From: Lachnospiraceae bacterium
Lineage (GTDB): Bacteria > Bacillota_I > Bacilli_A > RFN20 > CAG-826
DNA: 64,000 nt
Direction: 5' to 3'
Assembly (NCBI GenBank): GCA_963654425.1
Contig: CAVKAR010000003.1
Coordinates: 7,372-71,371, forward strand
Within the stretch, counting starts at the first letter, position 1. The number at the start of each line of letters is the position of its first letter. The position numbers and the translations under genes were made by a program. The notes beneath the pieces are model-generated. The model had not been told where the DNA came from. It ran no database searches and was given only the letters and a program-made list of their open reading frames with translations. This document shows, in pieces, positions 10,207 to 18,557 of this stretch.

Positions 10207-11178
10207 CTAGATGTATTTTTCGCAGATTTCATCCAAAAGCGCATCGAATTCATCATCGACGAAACGAGACGAATAATGGGATTCTACATAGTTTTTCGTG
10301 ATTTTAAGCGCCTCCGATAACGGGGTCTGCTCTTTGAAAGCAGGGGCAATGCGCTCGATTTTCCTATTATCGAAGAGGGTGCTAATAGCTTTATCGCCTT
10401 TTAAACCGTCATGGAAGAGAGGGTAATCGGCGAGGAATCTTTCAATAGGGAGATAGATAAAATCGGGCGTCAAATCATAAAGCGCCCCTTCCATCATGAA
10501 AATCTCTTTCCAGCTGTGCGCTTCTTTCGGCGTGAGATTATAGGTCTCCCCGTATGCCTTTTCGTTAAGCAGAAGCGGATGAAGGCCTTTTGGGAAATCG
10601 CCGGCGTAAAGCATCGGCCAATAGATAGAGCCATCGTCAAGCAAAGGTATTTTCTTCCCTTTTTTCATCCTATCGATGATGGTATAGGTGCCTTTCCCGT
10701 GCAAAAGAACCGGAAAAGCGCGCTCATCGAAAGTGTGGGAGGGGCGCACGATCGTGAATTTGTCGTAGGCCCCGCTTAGCAAATAGCGTTCGCATTCGGC
10801 TTTGTTTTCCCCATATTCGCTATAAGGGTTCCCCAAAGGAGTGAGCTCATTGAATGGGGGAGTGCCCTTATTGCGATTGCTCGCTACGGTTGAGGAAACG
10901 AAAACGTAATGTGGATGGTTTGCAAAATACGATAGATGAAGCGAAATATCCTTTGGCTTAAAAGACAAAAAGTCGATGACGACATCGAAGTTTCGGCCTC
11001 TAAGAGCTTTCTCTGCCTGCCCTTTGTCATTTATGTCGGCCTTTAAGGAATAATCCTCAAGGCCCAAGTCGACATTGCGCCCGCGATTAACGATCGTGAC
11101 TTCCTCTTTGCGCGCGATGAGATATTGACTCACTTTGTAAGAGATGCGGCCTGTCCCGCCAAGAATCAGAATTTTCAT
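10207..11178 (-). CDS. NAD(P)-dependent epimerase/dehydratase-type SDR protein
   Basis: N-terminus MKILILGGTGRIS (GxxGxxG) and a YxxxK-like YGENK. Substrate unknown. Confidence 0.7.
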   Translation of the reverse strand: MKILILGGTGRISYKVSQYLIARKEEVTIVNRGRNVDLGLEDYSLKADINDKGQAEKALRGRNFDVVIDFLSFKPKDISLHLSYFANHPHYVFVSSTVASNRNKGTPPFNELTPLGNPYSEYGENKAECERYLLSGAYDKFTIVRPSHTFDERAFPVLLHGKGTYTIIDRMKKGKKIPLLDDGSIYWPMLYAGDFPKGLHPLLLNEKAYGETYNLTPKEAHSWKEIFMMEGALYDLTPDFIYLPIERFLADYPLFHDGLKGDKAISTLFDNRKIERIAPAFKEQTPLSEALKITKNYVESHYSSRFVDDEFDALLDEICEKYI

Positions 11179-11861
11179 AGAAGCTCCTTTTTCTCTATAG
11201 CGGCTAGAAGCGATGAATCTAATCCTAGATAAGCAAAATAGGCTTCCTTGCTTTTGAATTCCCTTTCCAAAGCGAGGAATGCGGAAGGCAAAAACGTTTC
11301 GTCTTTCTGGTAATAAATAGGAGAAACGGGAACGCCGATTTCTCTTAAATGACGCACATGAGGATCGATATCATCATATGAGAGAAGATATTCGCCGTTA
11401 ATATCATCTAAAGAGACGCCGATGATATATTGAAGCAATGAGATAATGACTCCCGTGCGGTCTTTTCCAGCCGAGCAATGGATGAGGACCCCTCTTTTCG
11501 CGGAAGCAATCGCAAGCATGATCGGTTTCAGCTCTTCTTTCGAAGCATACATCTTTCGATATATCTCTAATGCCTCTTCGCGCGAAGAAGGCAGTTTCTC
11601 CCCGCTTTGCATCCGAAAAGGGAGATAGATAAAGCGAGAATCTAGCGATGTTGGGTCTATTTCCCTCTTTTTGGCGTTAGGGGAGCGCAAATCGATAATG
11701 GTATCTATGCCTTTGAGGAGCATTTCCTCTTTGCCGATTTCTTGAAGGCATGTAAGCGAGCCAGAGCGAAAAATGACGCCTTTTTTGCTTATGTCTTTCT
11801 TTGCTTTGTATCCGCCGATATCGCGCGAATTCATGATTGATGGGAATAGACGGGAAAGCAT
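11175..11861 (-). CDS. Protein-tyrosine phosphatase-like protein (Cys-based, CX5R)
   Basis: Active-site loop HCSAGKDRTG. Overlaps the downstream SDR gene by 4 nt. Confidence 0.8.
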   Translation of the reverse strand: MLSRLFPSIMNSRDIGGYKAKKDISKKGVIFRSGSLTCLQEIGKEEMLLKGIDTIIDLRSPNAKKREIDPTSLDSRFIYLPFRMQSGEKLPSSREEALEIYRKMYASKEELKPIMLAIASAKRGVLIHCSAGKDRTGVIISLLQYIIGVSLDDINGEYLLSYDDIDPHVRHLREIGVPVSPIYYQKDETFLPSAFLALEREFKSKEAYFAYLGLDSSLLAAIEKKELL

Positions 11862-11953
11862 AGGAGAATGATAAGTCCTTTTCGCTTATCGCGCATAGGA
11901 TTTCCTGTATTTGGCTAGTTTTCTACACTCGTAGAGTGCAGAAACGCTTTTCT

Positions 11954-11962
11954 TGCTATAAT
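11954..11962 (+). promoter_or_regulatory. Extended -10 promoter (TGCTATAAT) for the UPF0104/GT4 operon
   Basis: TG at 11954-55 and TATAAT at 11957-62. The ATG of the next gene is only 12 nt downstream with no SD, implying a very short or absent leader. Confidence 0.45.
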
Positions 11963-11974
11963 ATGGCCTAGTTT

Positions 11975-13375
11975 ATGGACGAAGCAAAAGACGCAAACTC
12001 TCTAGAAGAAAGCCAAAAGACCCCGAAAAAGGAAAATAACGGGGCTTGGAAATATATCGTCACCGTGGGGCTGGTCCTTCTCCTCACCGGCACCTCGCTC
12101 CTTTTTTCGCTTTGGAGCGCGGGTGAAGGGGATATCGCCTCAGGCGCCTTCACGATTTGGGACGCCATCCGTTCCACTTCGATTCCTTTCCTTCTTCTAC
12201 TTTTCGGGATCGTTCTCGCTTCTTATTGCGTAGATGGGCTCATCCTTCATGTTTTTTGTCGCCTTTACACCAGGAAATATCATTGGTATCAAGGCTTTTT
12301 CAACTCTTTGATCGGCGCCTTCTATAGCGCAGTCACCCCAGGGGCAAGCGGTGGGCAGGTAATGCAGGTCTACGTGCTCAAAAAGCAAGGGGTGGAGATT
12401 TCAAGCGCCGCTTCGATTATGGTTATGTGGTTCATTCTTTATCAATCGAACCTCATCGTTTTCGATTTCGTGGCTATTGGCGTTGAATGGAGCAAAGTCG
12501 TCTCGCTCAGCTCTTTCGAATTCGTCTTCGGCGACATTCGCTTAACCTTGCTCCCTCTCATCGTTTTCGGCTTTATCTTGAATCTAGGGACGCTTGCCAT
12601 CTTGACGCTCATGAGCTATTCGCATCGTTTCCATGGCTTTGTTCTCCATCACGTCATCAATCTCGGCGCCAAATTGCGTATCGTCAAAAATCCCGAGAAG
12701 AGCAGAGAATCGCTTCGCGTTCAGGTCGAGAATTTCAAGATGGAGTTACGCCGTCTTCAAAGCAATATCCCCGTTACGATCCTTCTTAGCCTTTTCTTCC
12801 AGCTCAATTTCTTCCTGCGCAATTCGATTCCGTATTTATCGGCTGTGGCTTTGGATGCCACAGGGGGTTCCTTCTCTTTCGCCGATATGTTCGATACCTG
12901 TTTCCTCGCCGCTTTCCATCAAATGGTGACTGGCGTTTTCCCTCTTCCAGGCGGAGCTGGCGTCAGCGAGCTCTTCTTCAATAGCATTTTCCGCGACATT
13001 TTCACTGCCACGACGAATGGAGGGGAAGTTATCAGAAGCGCTGAGGCCAACATGAACGCGGCTCAGATCGTTTGGCGCTTTGCGACTTTCCATTTGATCG
13101 TTCTTGTTTCAGGGCTAGTGGCCGCTTTTTACAGGAGCCGCGGAGAGGAAAGAGTCAAATATGGCTACGTCAACCGTCAGACTTTCATTACGCTTCAGCT
13201 TGAGACATATGAGATAAGGAAAGCAAGCGCCGACACCCTTTATGAAACGAGACAATTAAGCAAAAAGCAGATCAAGGCCGGTTTGAAGAACTACGAATCC
13301 GATAAGCCTCTCAGCAAAAAGAAAAAGGCCCCAGCGAAGAAAAAGCCGACTGGGCAAAAAGGAAAGCAAAAATGA
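11975..13375 (+). CDS. UPF0104 / LPG-synthase-TM (flippase-like) family membrane protein with a Lys-rich tail
   Basis: About 8 predicted TM segments, a conserved-looking TPGASGGQ loop and a later PLPGGAGVSE loop. The C-terminus is KKKKAPAKKKPTGQKGKQK. Confidence 0.65.
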   Translation: MDEAKDANSLEESQKTPKKENNGAWKYIVTVGLVLLLTGTSLLFSLWSAGEGDIASGAFTIWDAIRSTSIPFLLLLFGIVLASYCVDGLILHVFCRLYTRKYHWYQGFFNSLIGAFYSAVTPGASGGQVMQVYVLKKQGVEISSAASIMVMWFILYQSNLIVFDFVAIGVEWSKVVSLSSFEFVFGDIRLTLLPLIVFGFILNLGTLAILTLMSYSHRFHGFVLHHVINLGAKLRIVKNPEKSRESLRVQVENFKMELRRLQSNIPVTILLSLFFQLNFFLRNSIPYLSAVALDATGGSFSFADMFDTCFLAAFHQMVTGVFPLPGGAGVSELFFNSIFRDIFTATTNGGEVIRSAEANMNAAQIVWRFATFHLIVLVSGLVAAFYRSRGEERVKYGYVNRQTFITLQLETYEIRKASADTLYETRQLSKKQIKAGLKNYESDKPLSKKKKAPAKKKPTGQKGKQK

Positions 13376-14550
13376 GGGTCGTTATTTTCTCTGACACTTA
13401 TCCTCCGGAGATCAATGGCGTGGCCACATCCTCCCGCAATCTCTACCGCACCCTTAAGGCGCACGGGGAAGAGGTTATCGTCGTCACGACAAACCCTTTC
13501 GATAATGAATTCTATTATCAGGACGATATAGTCCGAATCCCCGGCATTACCATCAAAAAACTCTATGGCTATGTCTTTCCGACTTCTCCGTGGAACAAAA
13601 AATGCGAGAGGATAATCAGGGAATTCAAGCCGGATGTGGTGCATATTCAGACGGATGGGATGGTTGGCCAAATGGGCTTTATCCTCTCTTCCAAATTTCA
13701 TGTAGCGAGCGTTTACACCTTCCATACGATGATCGAGGATTACACCTATTACGCAAGCAAAGGGCACTTCGATAGGGCTGCCAAAAGCGTGGTGAGAAGC
13801 TATGTCCGCCATAAGGCGAAAACCGCCGATGAATTCATCACGCCAAGCGAGAAGATCCGCGAATATATGCGCTCTATCGCCGTTGATTCGCATATTGCCG
13901 TCATCCCCACTGGCATTGATTTCGATGCTTTTTCGCGTTCCAATTTCTCTTCTGGCGAGGTTTCCGCGCTCAAAAAGAAACTCCATATCGATCCCGAGGC
14001 CTATACGATACTTTCTCTGGGAAGAGTCGCCAAAGAGAAGTCGATTGACGTTTGCTTAAAGGGATATGCTTCTTTTTTGAAAAAGAAAGTCGGCAAGAAA
14101 ACGGTTATGGTCATCGTGGGCGGCGGCCCAGCCGTGAATGAGCTGCAGGAGCTTTGCGAAAAACTCGGAATCAGGGAACACGTTATTTTCGCTGGGCCCG
14201 TCGACCCGGACACCGTGCCTTTCTATTACGCGCTGGGTGATTGCTTCGTGAGCGCCTCAACCAGCGAAACCCAAGGTCTTACCTTCATGGAGGCTATGGC
14301 AAGCGACAATATTTTACTAGCGAGATACGACGATACGCTCGCCGATTTGATACATGATGGGGAAAACGGCTTCTTTTTCTTCGACGAGAGGGACATGCCG
14401 GATAAAATCGAGAAGGTCATTTCTCTGTCGGCAAACGAAAAAACAAGCATATATTCTTTTGCTCACGAGGCGATCAAGCCTTATTCTCTGGAGCAGTTTT
14501 ACGAATCGATAAAAGGGGTGTATGAGCGTGCCATCAAGAAAAACTACTGA
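13372..14550 (+). CDS. GT4 glycosyltransferase, diacylglycerol glucosyltransferase (glycolipid synthase)-like
   Basis: N-terminus MRVVIFSDTYPPEINGVATS and the C-terminal E..G.T..EAMA region (SETQGLTFMEAMAS) are typical of GT4/MGS-type enzymes. Overlaps the upstream gene by 4 nt. Confidence 0.75.
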   Translation: MRVVIFSDTYPPEINGVATSSRNLYRTLKAHGEEVIVVTTNPFDNEFYYQDDIVRIPGITIKKLYGYVFPTSPWNKKCERIIREFKPDVVHIQTDGMVGQMGFILSSKFHVASVYTFHTMIEDYTYYASKGHFDRAAKSVVRSYVRHKAKTADEFITPSEKIREYMRSIAVDSHIAVIPTGIDFDAFSRSNFSSGEVSALKKKLHIDPEAYTILSLGRVAKEKSIDVCLKGYASFLKKKVGKKTVMVIVGGGPAVNELQELCEKLGIREHVIFAGPVDPDTVPFYYALGDCFVSASTSETQGLTFMEAMASDNILLARYDDTLADLIHDGENGFFFFDERDMPDKIEKVISLSANEKTSIYSFAHEAIKPYSLEQFYESIKGVYERAIKKNY

Positions 14551-15322
14551 AGTTGTTTCATTAGAGAAAAAGCGCAACGGGCAATATCTCGTCAAAGCCG
14601 GATCTTTCTCTTTCCTTTTGGATGAGAATGCTTTCACCGACTTCTATCTTTATCCCGGGAAGGAATTAAGCGATGAGGAGATAAAAGCCCTAGATAGGGC
14701 CGCGAAAAGCGCCTCTATTTCATCATATGCCTATTCCTTGCTTGGCAAAAAGCGCTACAGCGAGGCGGAGATGAAAGACAAGCTCATGGATAAATTCGCC
14801 AATGAAGAGGCTATCTCCAAACTACTGAATGACTTAATCCAGTATAAGCTCATCGATGATGAGGCTTACGCCAAAGACTATAAGGAAGAGAAAGAGAACG
14901 CTTTATTCGGGAAGATAAGGATAAAAGAAGAGCTTCGCTATAAAAGAAAGGTGCCAGCTGCAATCGTCGACGCTTTATCTTTCCCCAACGAGAAAGAGAA
15001 CGCGGAGAAATACCTGCAATCGATTTCCAGAGCCATTTCTTCTTATCCGTATTTGGCCAAAAAGAAAAAAGCGCACGATATTTTATTGCGGCGCGGGTTC
15101 ACTGAAGAAGCCATAGCTTATGCGCTTAAAGGGCTAGAGAAGGACGATAAAGATAAAATCCTCCAAAGGATGGAGATAGAGGCAGCTCGCGCCTATACGC
15201 GTTATCAGCGAAAATATGAAGGGAAGGAGCTACGCGCACGCGTATATTCCTCCTTATATAAAAAAGGATATGAGAGCGAAGATATAGCCTCATGTCTAGA
15301 AAGGATCGAAAATGAACATTAA
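14522..15322 (+). CDS. recX: RecX-family regulatory protein
   Basis: Size and repeated helical modules (YSEAEMKDKLMDKF..., DEAYAKDY..., KKKAHDILLRRGFTEEAIAYAL, LYKKGYESEDI) match the RecX three-repeat architecture. The start is uncertain; the called ORF overlaps GT4 by 29 nt. Confidence 0.6.
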   Translation: MSVPSRKTTEVVSLEKKRNGQYLVKAGSFSFLLDENAFTDFYLYPGKELSDEEIKALDRAAKSASISSYAYSLLGKKRYSEAEMKDKLMDKFANEEAISKLLNDLIQYKLIDDEAYAKDYKEEKENALFGKIRIKEELRYKRKVPAAIVDALSFPNEKENAEKYLQSISRAISSYPYLAKKKKAHDILLRRGFTEEAIAYALKGLEKDDKDKILQRMEIEAARAYTRYQRKYEGKELRARVYSSLYKKGYESEDIASCLERIENEH

Positions 15323-16265
15323 AGACCTCAAAAGCGGCGACCACATCGAAAGCATGCAGTTATTGATCGACGATGTGAAATCATGCGTCAGCAACAACGG
15401 CAAAGCGTATTACAACCTCGTTTTGCAGGATAATTCTGGCAAGATCGACGCCAAAAAGTGGGAAGTGGCGCCAGGAGATGAGAACATATTCGTCTCGGGG
15501 AACATCGTATCGATCCGCGGGGAGGTCAATCTCTACAACAACGGGCTTCAATTGAAGGTGCTTTCCGGCAATATCGTCCCGCCCAATCAAGTCGACATGG
15601 ATAGATTCGTCCTCTCGGCGCCGGAAAACGAGGAATCCCTCAAAGAAGAGCTCGAGCGGTTCGTTTCCTCGATTGAGGATGCTGATCTCCATACGCTCGT
15701 CTCCACTTTGATTTACGAGAATATCGATGCCTATCTCTCTTATCCAGCCGCTACCAAAAACCATCACGCCTACGCCCATGGCCTTATCTATCACAGCGTC
15801 TGCATGACCCGTTTAGCCAACGCCATCTGCAATTTCTACCCTTTTCTGAACCGCGATTTGATAATCTCCGGGACTTTGCTCCATGATTTAGGGAAAATAA
15901 AAGAGCTATCAGGGGTTGTCGCAACCCAATACACGCTTGAAGGAAAGCTTATGGGGCATTTGGTCATCGCTAGCGAGATGATCGACGAGAAGGCCAATGA
16001 GCTCAATTTGAAGAGCGAGCAGATTCTTTTGCTGAAGCATATGATGCTATCTCACCATGGCAAGCTCGAATTCGGGGCGGCAAAACTCCCGCAGACGAAA
16101 GAAGCCGTCGCTTTGGCGATGATCGACGATTTCGATGCCAAAATGGAAATCCTCGCCGAGGTTTATAAAGACGTCAAACCTGGTGAATGGTCTTCGCGCG
16201 TCCTCTCTTTCGATGGGCGAACTTTCTATAATTCGCCTTTCACCTCCAAAAACGACGAAGAATGA
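15312..16265 (+). CDS. yhaM: 3'-5' exoribonuclease YhaM (OB-fold + HD domain)
   Basis: N-terminal OB region (YYNLVLQDNSGKIDAKKWEV) and HD-domain motifs (HHAYAHGLIYHS, LLHDLGK). Confidence 0.8.
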   Translation: MNIKDLKSGDHIESMQLLIDDVKSCVSNNGKAYYNLVLQDNSGKIDAKKWEVAPGDENIFVSGNIVSIRGEVNLYNNGLQLKVLSGNIVPPNQVDMDRFVLSAPENEESLKEELERFVSSIEDADLHTLVSTLIYENIDAYLSYPAATKNHHAYAHGLIYHSVCMTRLANAICNFYPFLNRDLIISGTLLHDLGKIKELSGVVATQYTLEGKLMGHLVIASEMIDEKANELNLKSEQILLLKHMMLSHHGKLEFGAAKLPQTKEAVALAMIDDFDAKMEILAEVYKDVKPGEWSSRVLSFDGRTFYNSPFTSKNDEE

Positions 16266-16270
16266 AAGAG

Positions 16271-16305
16271 AAAACGCGGTCTTCAGAAAGCCGCGTTTTT
16301 CTTTT
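16271..16305. terminator. Bidirectional intrinsic terminator between yhaM and the HIT gene
   Basis: AAAACGCGG-tcttcagaaag-CCGCGTTTT. The 9-bp stem is flanked by an A-run and a T-run. Confidence 0.8.
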
Positions 16306-16307
16306 TG

Positions 16308-16727
16308 CTACTTTTTGAGCGCTTTTCCGATGTCACTCGCCAGTGACGGCAAATTCAATGAGGAAGTGTCGAGTGCCTTCAAGGTGATCTGGAACCCGCC
16401 TTCACCGGCGACGTATCTAGGGATGACGTGCACATGGAAGTGGTTGACGCTTTGTCCAGCCATCTCGCCCGCGTTAGTGAGGATGTTGATGCCTTTCGCG
16501 CCGAGTACCTGCACTTCGGCTTGCCCGATGCGCTGAGCGACGTCGAATACTTTGTGCATTATCTCTTGAGGGCAGGAGAGATAGCTATCGTAATGCTTTT
16601 TCGGCATGACCAAAGTATGGCCTTTGCTGACGGGGGAGACGTCTAAGATAGCGAGGACGTCATCATCTTCATAAACTTTCGTCGATGGTATTTCCCCATC
16701 GATGATTTTGCAGAATACATCTTTCAT
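16308..16727 (-). CDS. HIT-family (histidine triad) nucleotide hydrolase
   Basis: Triad motif NHFHVHVIPR and a length of 139 aa. Confidence 0.9.
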   Translation of the reverse strand: MKDVFCKIIDGEIPSTKVYEDDDVLAILDVSPVSKGHTLVMPKKHYDSYLSCPQEIMHKVFDVAQRIGQAEVQVLGAKGINILTNAGEMAGQSVNHFHVHVIPRYVAGEGGFQITLKALDTSSLNLPSLASDIGKALKK

Positions 16728-16741
16728 TGTTTTACCTCTAT

Positions 16742-16773
16742 TTAAAAAGAAAGGAGCGATGTTGATCGCTCCT
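16742..16773 (-). terminator. Intrinsic terminator after the lipoprotein pair
   Basis: AGGAGCGAT-gttg-ATCGCTCCT, a 9-bp stem followed on the minus strand by a T-rich run (TTCTTTTT). Confidence 0.75.
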
Positions 16774-16796
16774 ATATTATAGTTCGTTTTCCTATT

Positions 16797-18557
16797 TTAG
16801 AAGAGGTCAGGGAAGGTCTTCTTGAAATAGTCATAGACGCTTTGATCGTGATAGACGAGCGCCATCTTTTTGACGAAATATTGGTTGCTGCTCTTTTTGT
16901 AAGTATCAGAGCTAGAGAGAGTCGCGGCGATGGAACGGGCGACGTATTCGGCGTAGTGGGCCTCGCCTTTGAGAACGTCGTAGTAGTTCTTGCTGTCGCT
17001 TTTGGAGAGTTTCGAGCTCTTGACGGCCTCTTCGACATCAAAGAGATACCAGTTGCCTGAATCGCCGATGACGTATGGGGTCTTATTGCCTGTGGCGGCG
17101 TTTTTCGGAGTCAATAAGTAGTGGTCTTCACCGACTTCTTTGCCTTCAGAATCGACTTCGCCATTGCGGTAATAGACGTAATTGCTCTTGGAGTGATCGG
17201 AATCCACTTCATCTGCGACGCCCATATTGAAGATACGGCTCTTCACATCGCTTGGGATATCCCCCAAACCGGTGGAAGTGTACCAGCCGTTCGTGGTGTC
17301 ATCTTGCGCAAGAAGGGCACGATATTTGATTTCCAAACCGGTTTCTGGCGTATAGGCGCCGGAATTGGTGAAATCGCTCACCACATCCGTATCATCGGTG
17401 GTATCGGAGCCAATCTTTAGATAATTGGTGACATATCCGCCGAAGGTGGATTGTTTGTAGACGGTGGTGCTGTATTCATCGATCGTCGCTTTATAGCTAT
17501 CGGCTAAGCCAGCGTAATCGGCATCCGTGAATTCGGTCCAGCCAGCGTTTGCGTAAATATCTTTGATGAATGATTTCTCTTCATCACCAAGATCGTATCT
17601 ATCGTCGAAGATAGTCCCTTTGACCATCGCGTTGAGAACGGTGAATGGGTATTTGTCGAGTTTGTTTTTCTCGACCACCATTTCAGCGTAGGAAGTGACC
17701 AGGTTCTTCGTCGCGGCAGGATAGGCGCTGTTATCGGCGAGTTTGATGTAATTGACTTTGCGGGCATAAGAGATGCCGAGAGTGCGGTAGTTCTCGCGAT
17801 AGAGGTATTCGCAGACGAGCTCATCGCGGTAGATATCCGGGAGGATGGCTAATTCGATATAGGAATTGGCAGTCTCCCCGTCCTTGTCTTTGCCGTATAC
17901 CCCGAATAAGTCGACATAGAAGTCATCAAGAGAGGTAGCCAAATCTTCGTCGAGCTCATCGATGTGGAAACCACCGTCGATTTGCTTGTGCTCGCTCATC
18001 TCCTCTTTTTTCTCATCGGTGACGCTGCCAAGAGAATAGCTCGCCTTGGTTTGGGCATCGTAGAACTTCTTTTCGATGAATTCGTTGCGCTCCTGATAGC
18101 TGCTGTTTTTCACATAGCCGTAGAAGCTGTCCATGATGCGGCGGAGGAAGTTGCGGTAGATGATCTCGAGTTTGGTGGTAGAACCTTTGCCATCATCATC
18201 GTGATATATCTCGTATTTGTCCGCGACAGCTTGCTTTTTGGCGGAATCGCCGTTGTCGAAAGCGGGCTTGATTTCCCCCAAGAAGTCGCCGAAGACGCTC
18301 TTGCTATAAAGTAAGAGGACGTTGTTGAGGACTTTTTCGCTGTTGGTGTCGCCTTCATTCACGAGAGCGTCGTATATTTGCTTCATCGTGTTGTTGGAGA
18401 CATCGACTTTGTTTCCGTTGGAGTCGATGATGATCGCGGCTCCGTCATATTCTTCGGTCGGCGGAACGGCTTTGATGGTGGAGCAGCCCGCTAGCAAAGC
18501 GCCAGTCATCAAGGCTGATAAGCCGAATACGTAGAGTTTGCTTTTCTTATTGAACAT
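16797..18557 (-). CDS. Large secreted lipoprotein of unknown function (possible SurA/PrsA-N-like chaperone)
   Basis: Start trimmed to the ATG at 18557 behind the SD GGAGGG. Signal peptide MFNKKSKLYVFGLSALMTGALLAGC. The mature protein is acidic and Tyr/Asp-rich with no motif I can assign confidently. Confidence 0.6.
   Translation of the reverse strand: MFNKKSKLYVFGLSALMTGALLAGCSTIKAVPPTEEYDGAAIIIDSNGNKVDVSNNTMKQIYDALVNEGDTNSEKVLNNVLLLYSKSVFGDFLGEIKPAFDNGDSAKKQAVADKYEIYHDDDGKGSTTKLEIIYRNFLRRIMDSFYGYVKNSSYQERNEFIEKKFYDAQTKASYSLGSVTDEKKEEMSEHKQIDGGFHIDELDEDLATSLDDFYVDLFGVYGKDKDGETANSYIELAILPDIYRDELVCEYLYRENYRTLGISYARKVNYIKLADNSAYPAATKNLVTSYAEMVVEKNKLDKYPFTVLNAMVKGTIFDDRYDLGDEEKSFIKDIYANAGWTEFTDADYAGLADSYKATIDEYSTTVYKQSTFGGYVTNYLKIGSDTTDDTDVVSDFTNSGAYTPETGLEIKYRALLAQDDTTNGWYTSTGLGDIPSDVKSRIFNMGVADEVDSDHSKSNYVYYRNGEVDSEGKEVGEDHYLLTPKNAATGNKTPYVIGDSGNWYLFDVEEAVKSSKLSKSDSKNYYDVLKGEAHYAEYVARSIAATLSSSDTYKKSSNQYFVKKMALVYHDQSVYDYFKKTFPDLF

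Noticed and set aside
13291-13986. Long antisense ORFs opposite well-supported genes. Examples: 13291-13986 (231 aa, opposite GT4), 18538-19482 (314 aa, opposite the lipoprotein), 24543-25118 (opposite sufB), 39777-40298 (opposite recA), 41197-41655 (opposite rny) and 53982-54437 (opposite ispF).
   Set aside because: Their translations are low-complexity and rich in R, G, A, I and F. They have no SD or start context, and each mirrors a gene with strong family motifs. They look like shadow ORFs caused by codon bias (avoidance of TTA, CTA and TCA in the sense frame).
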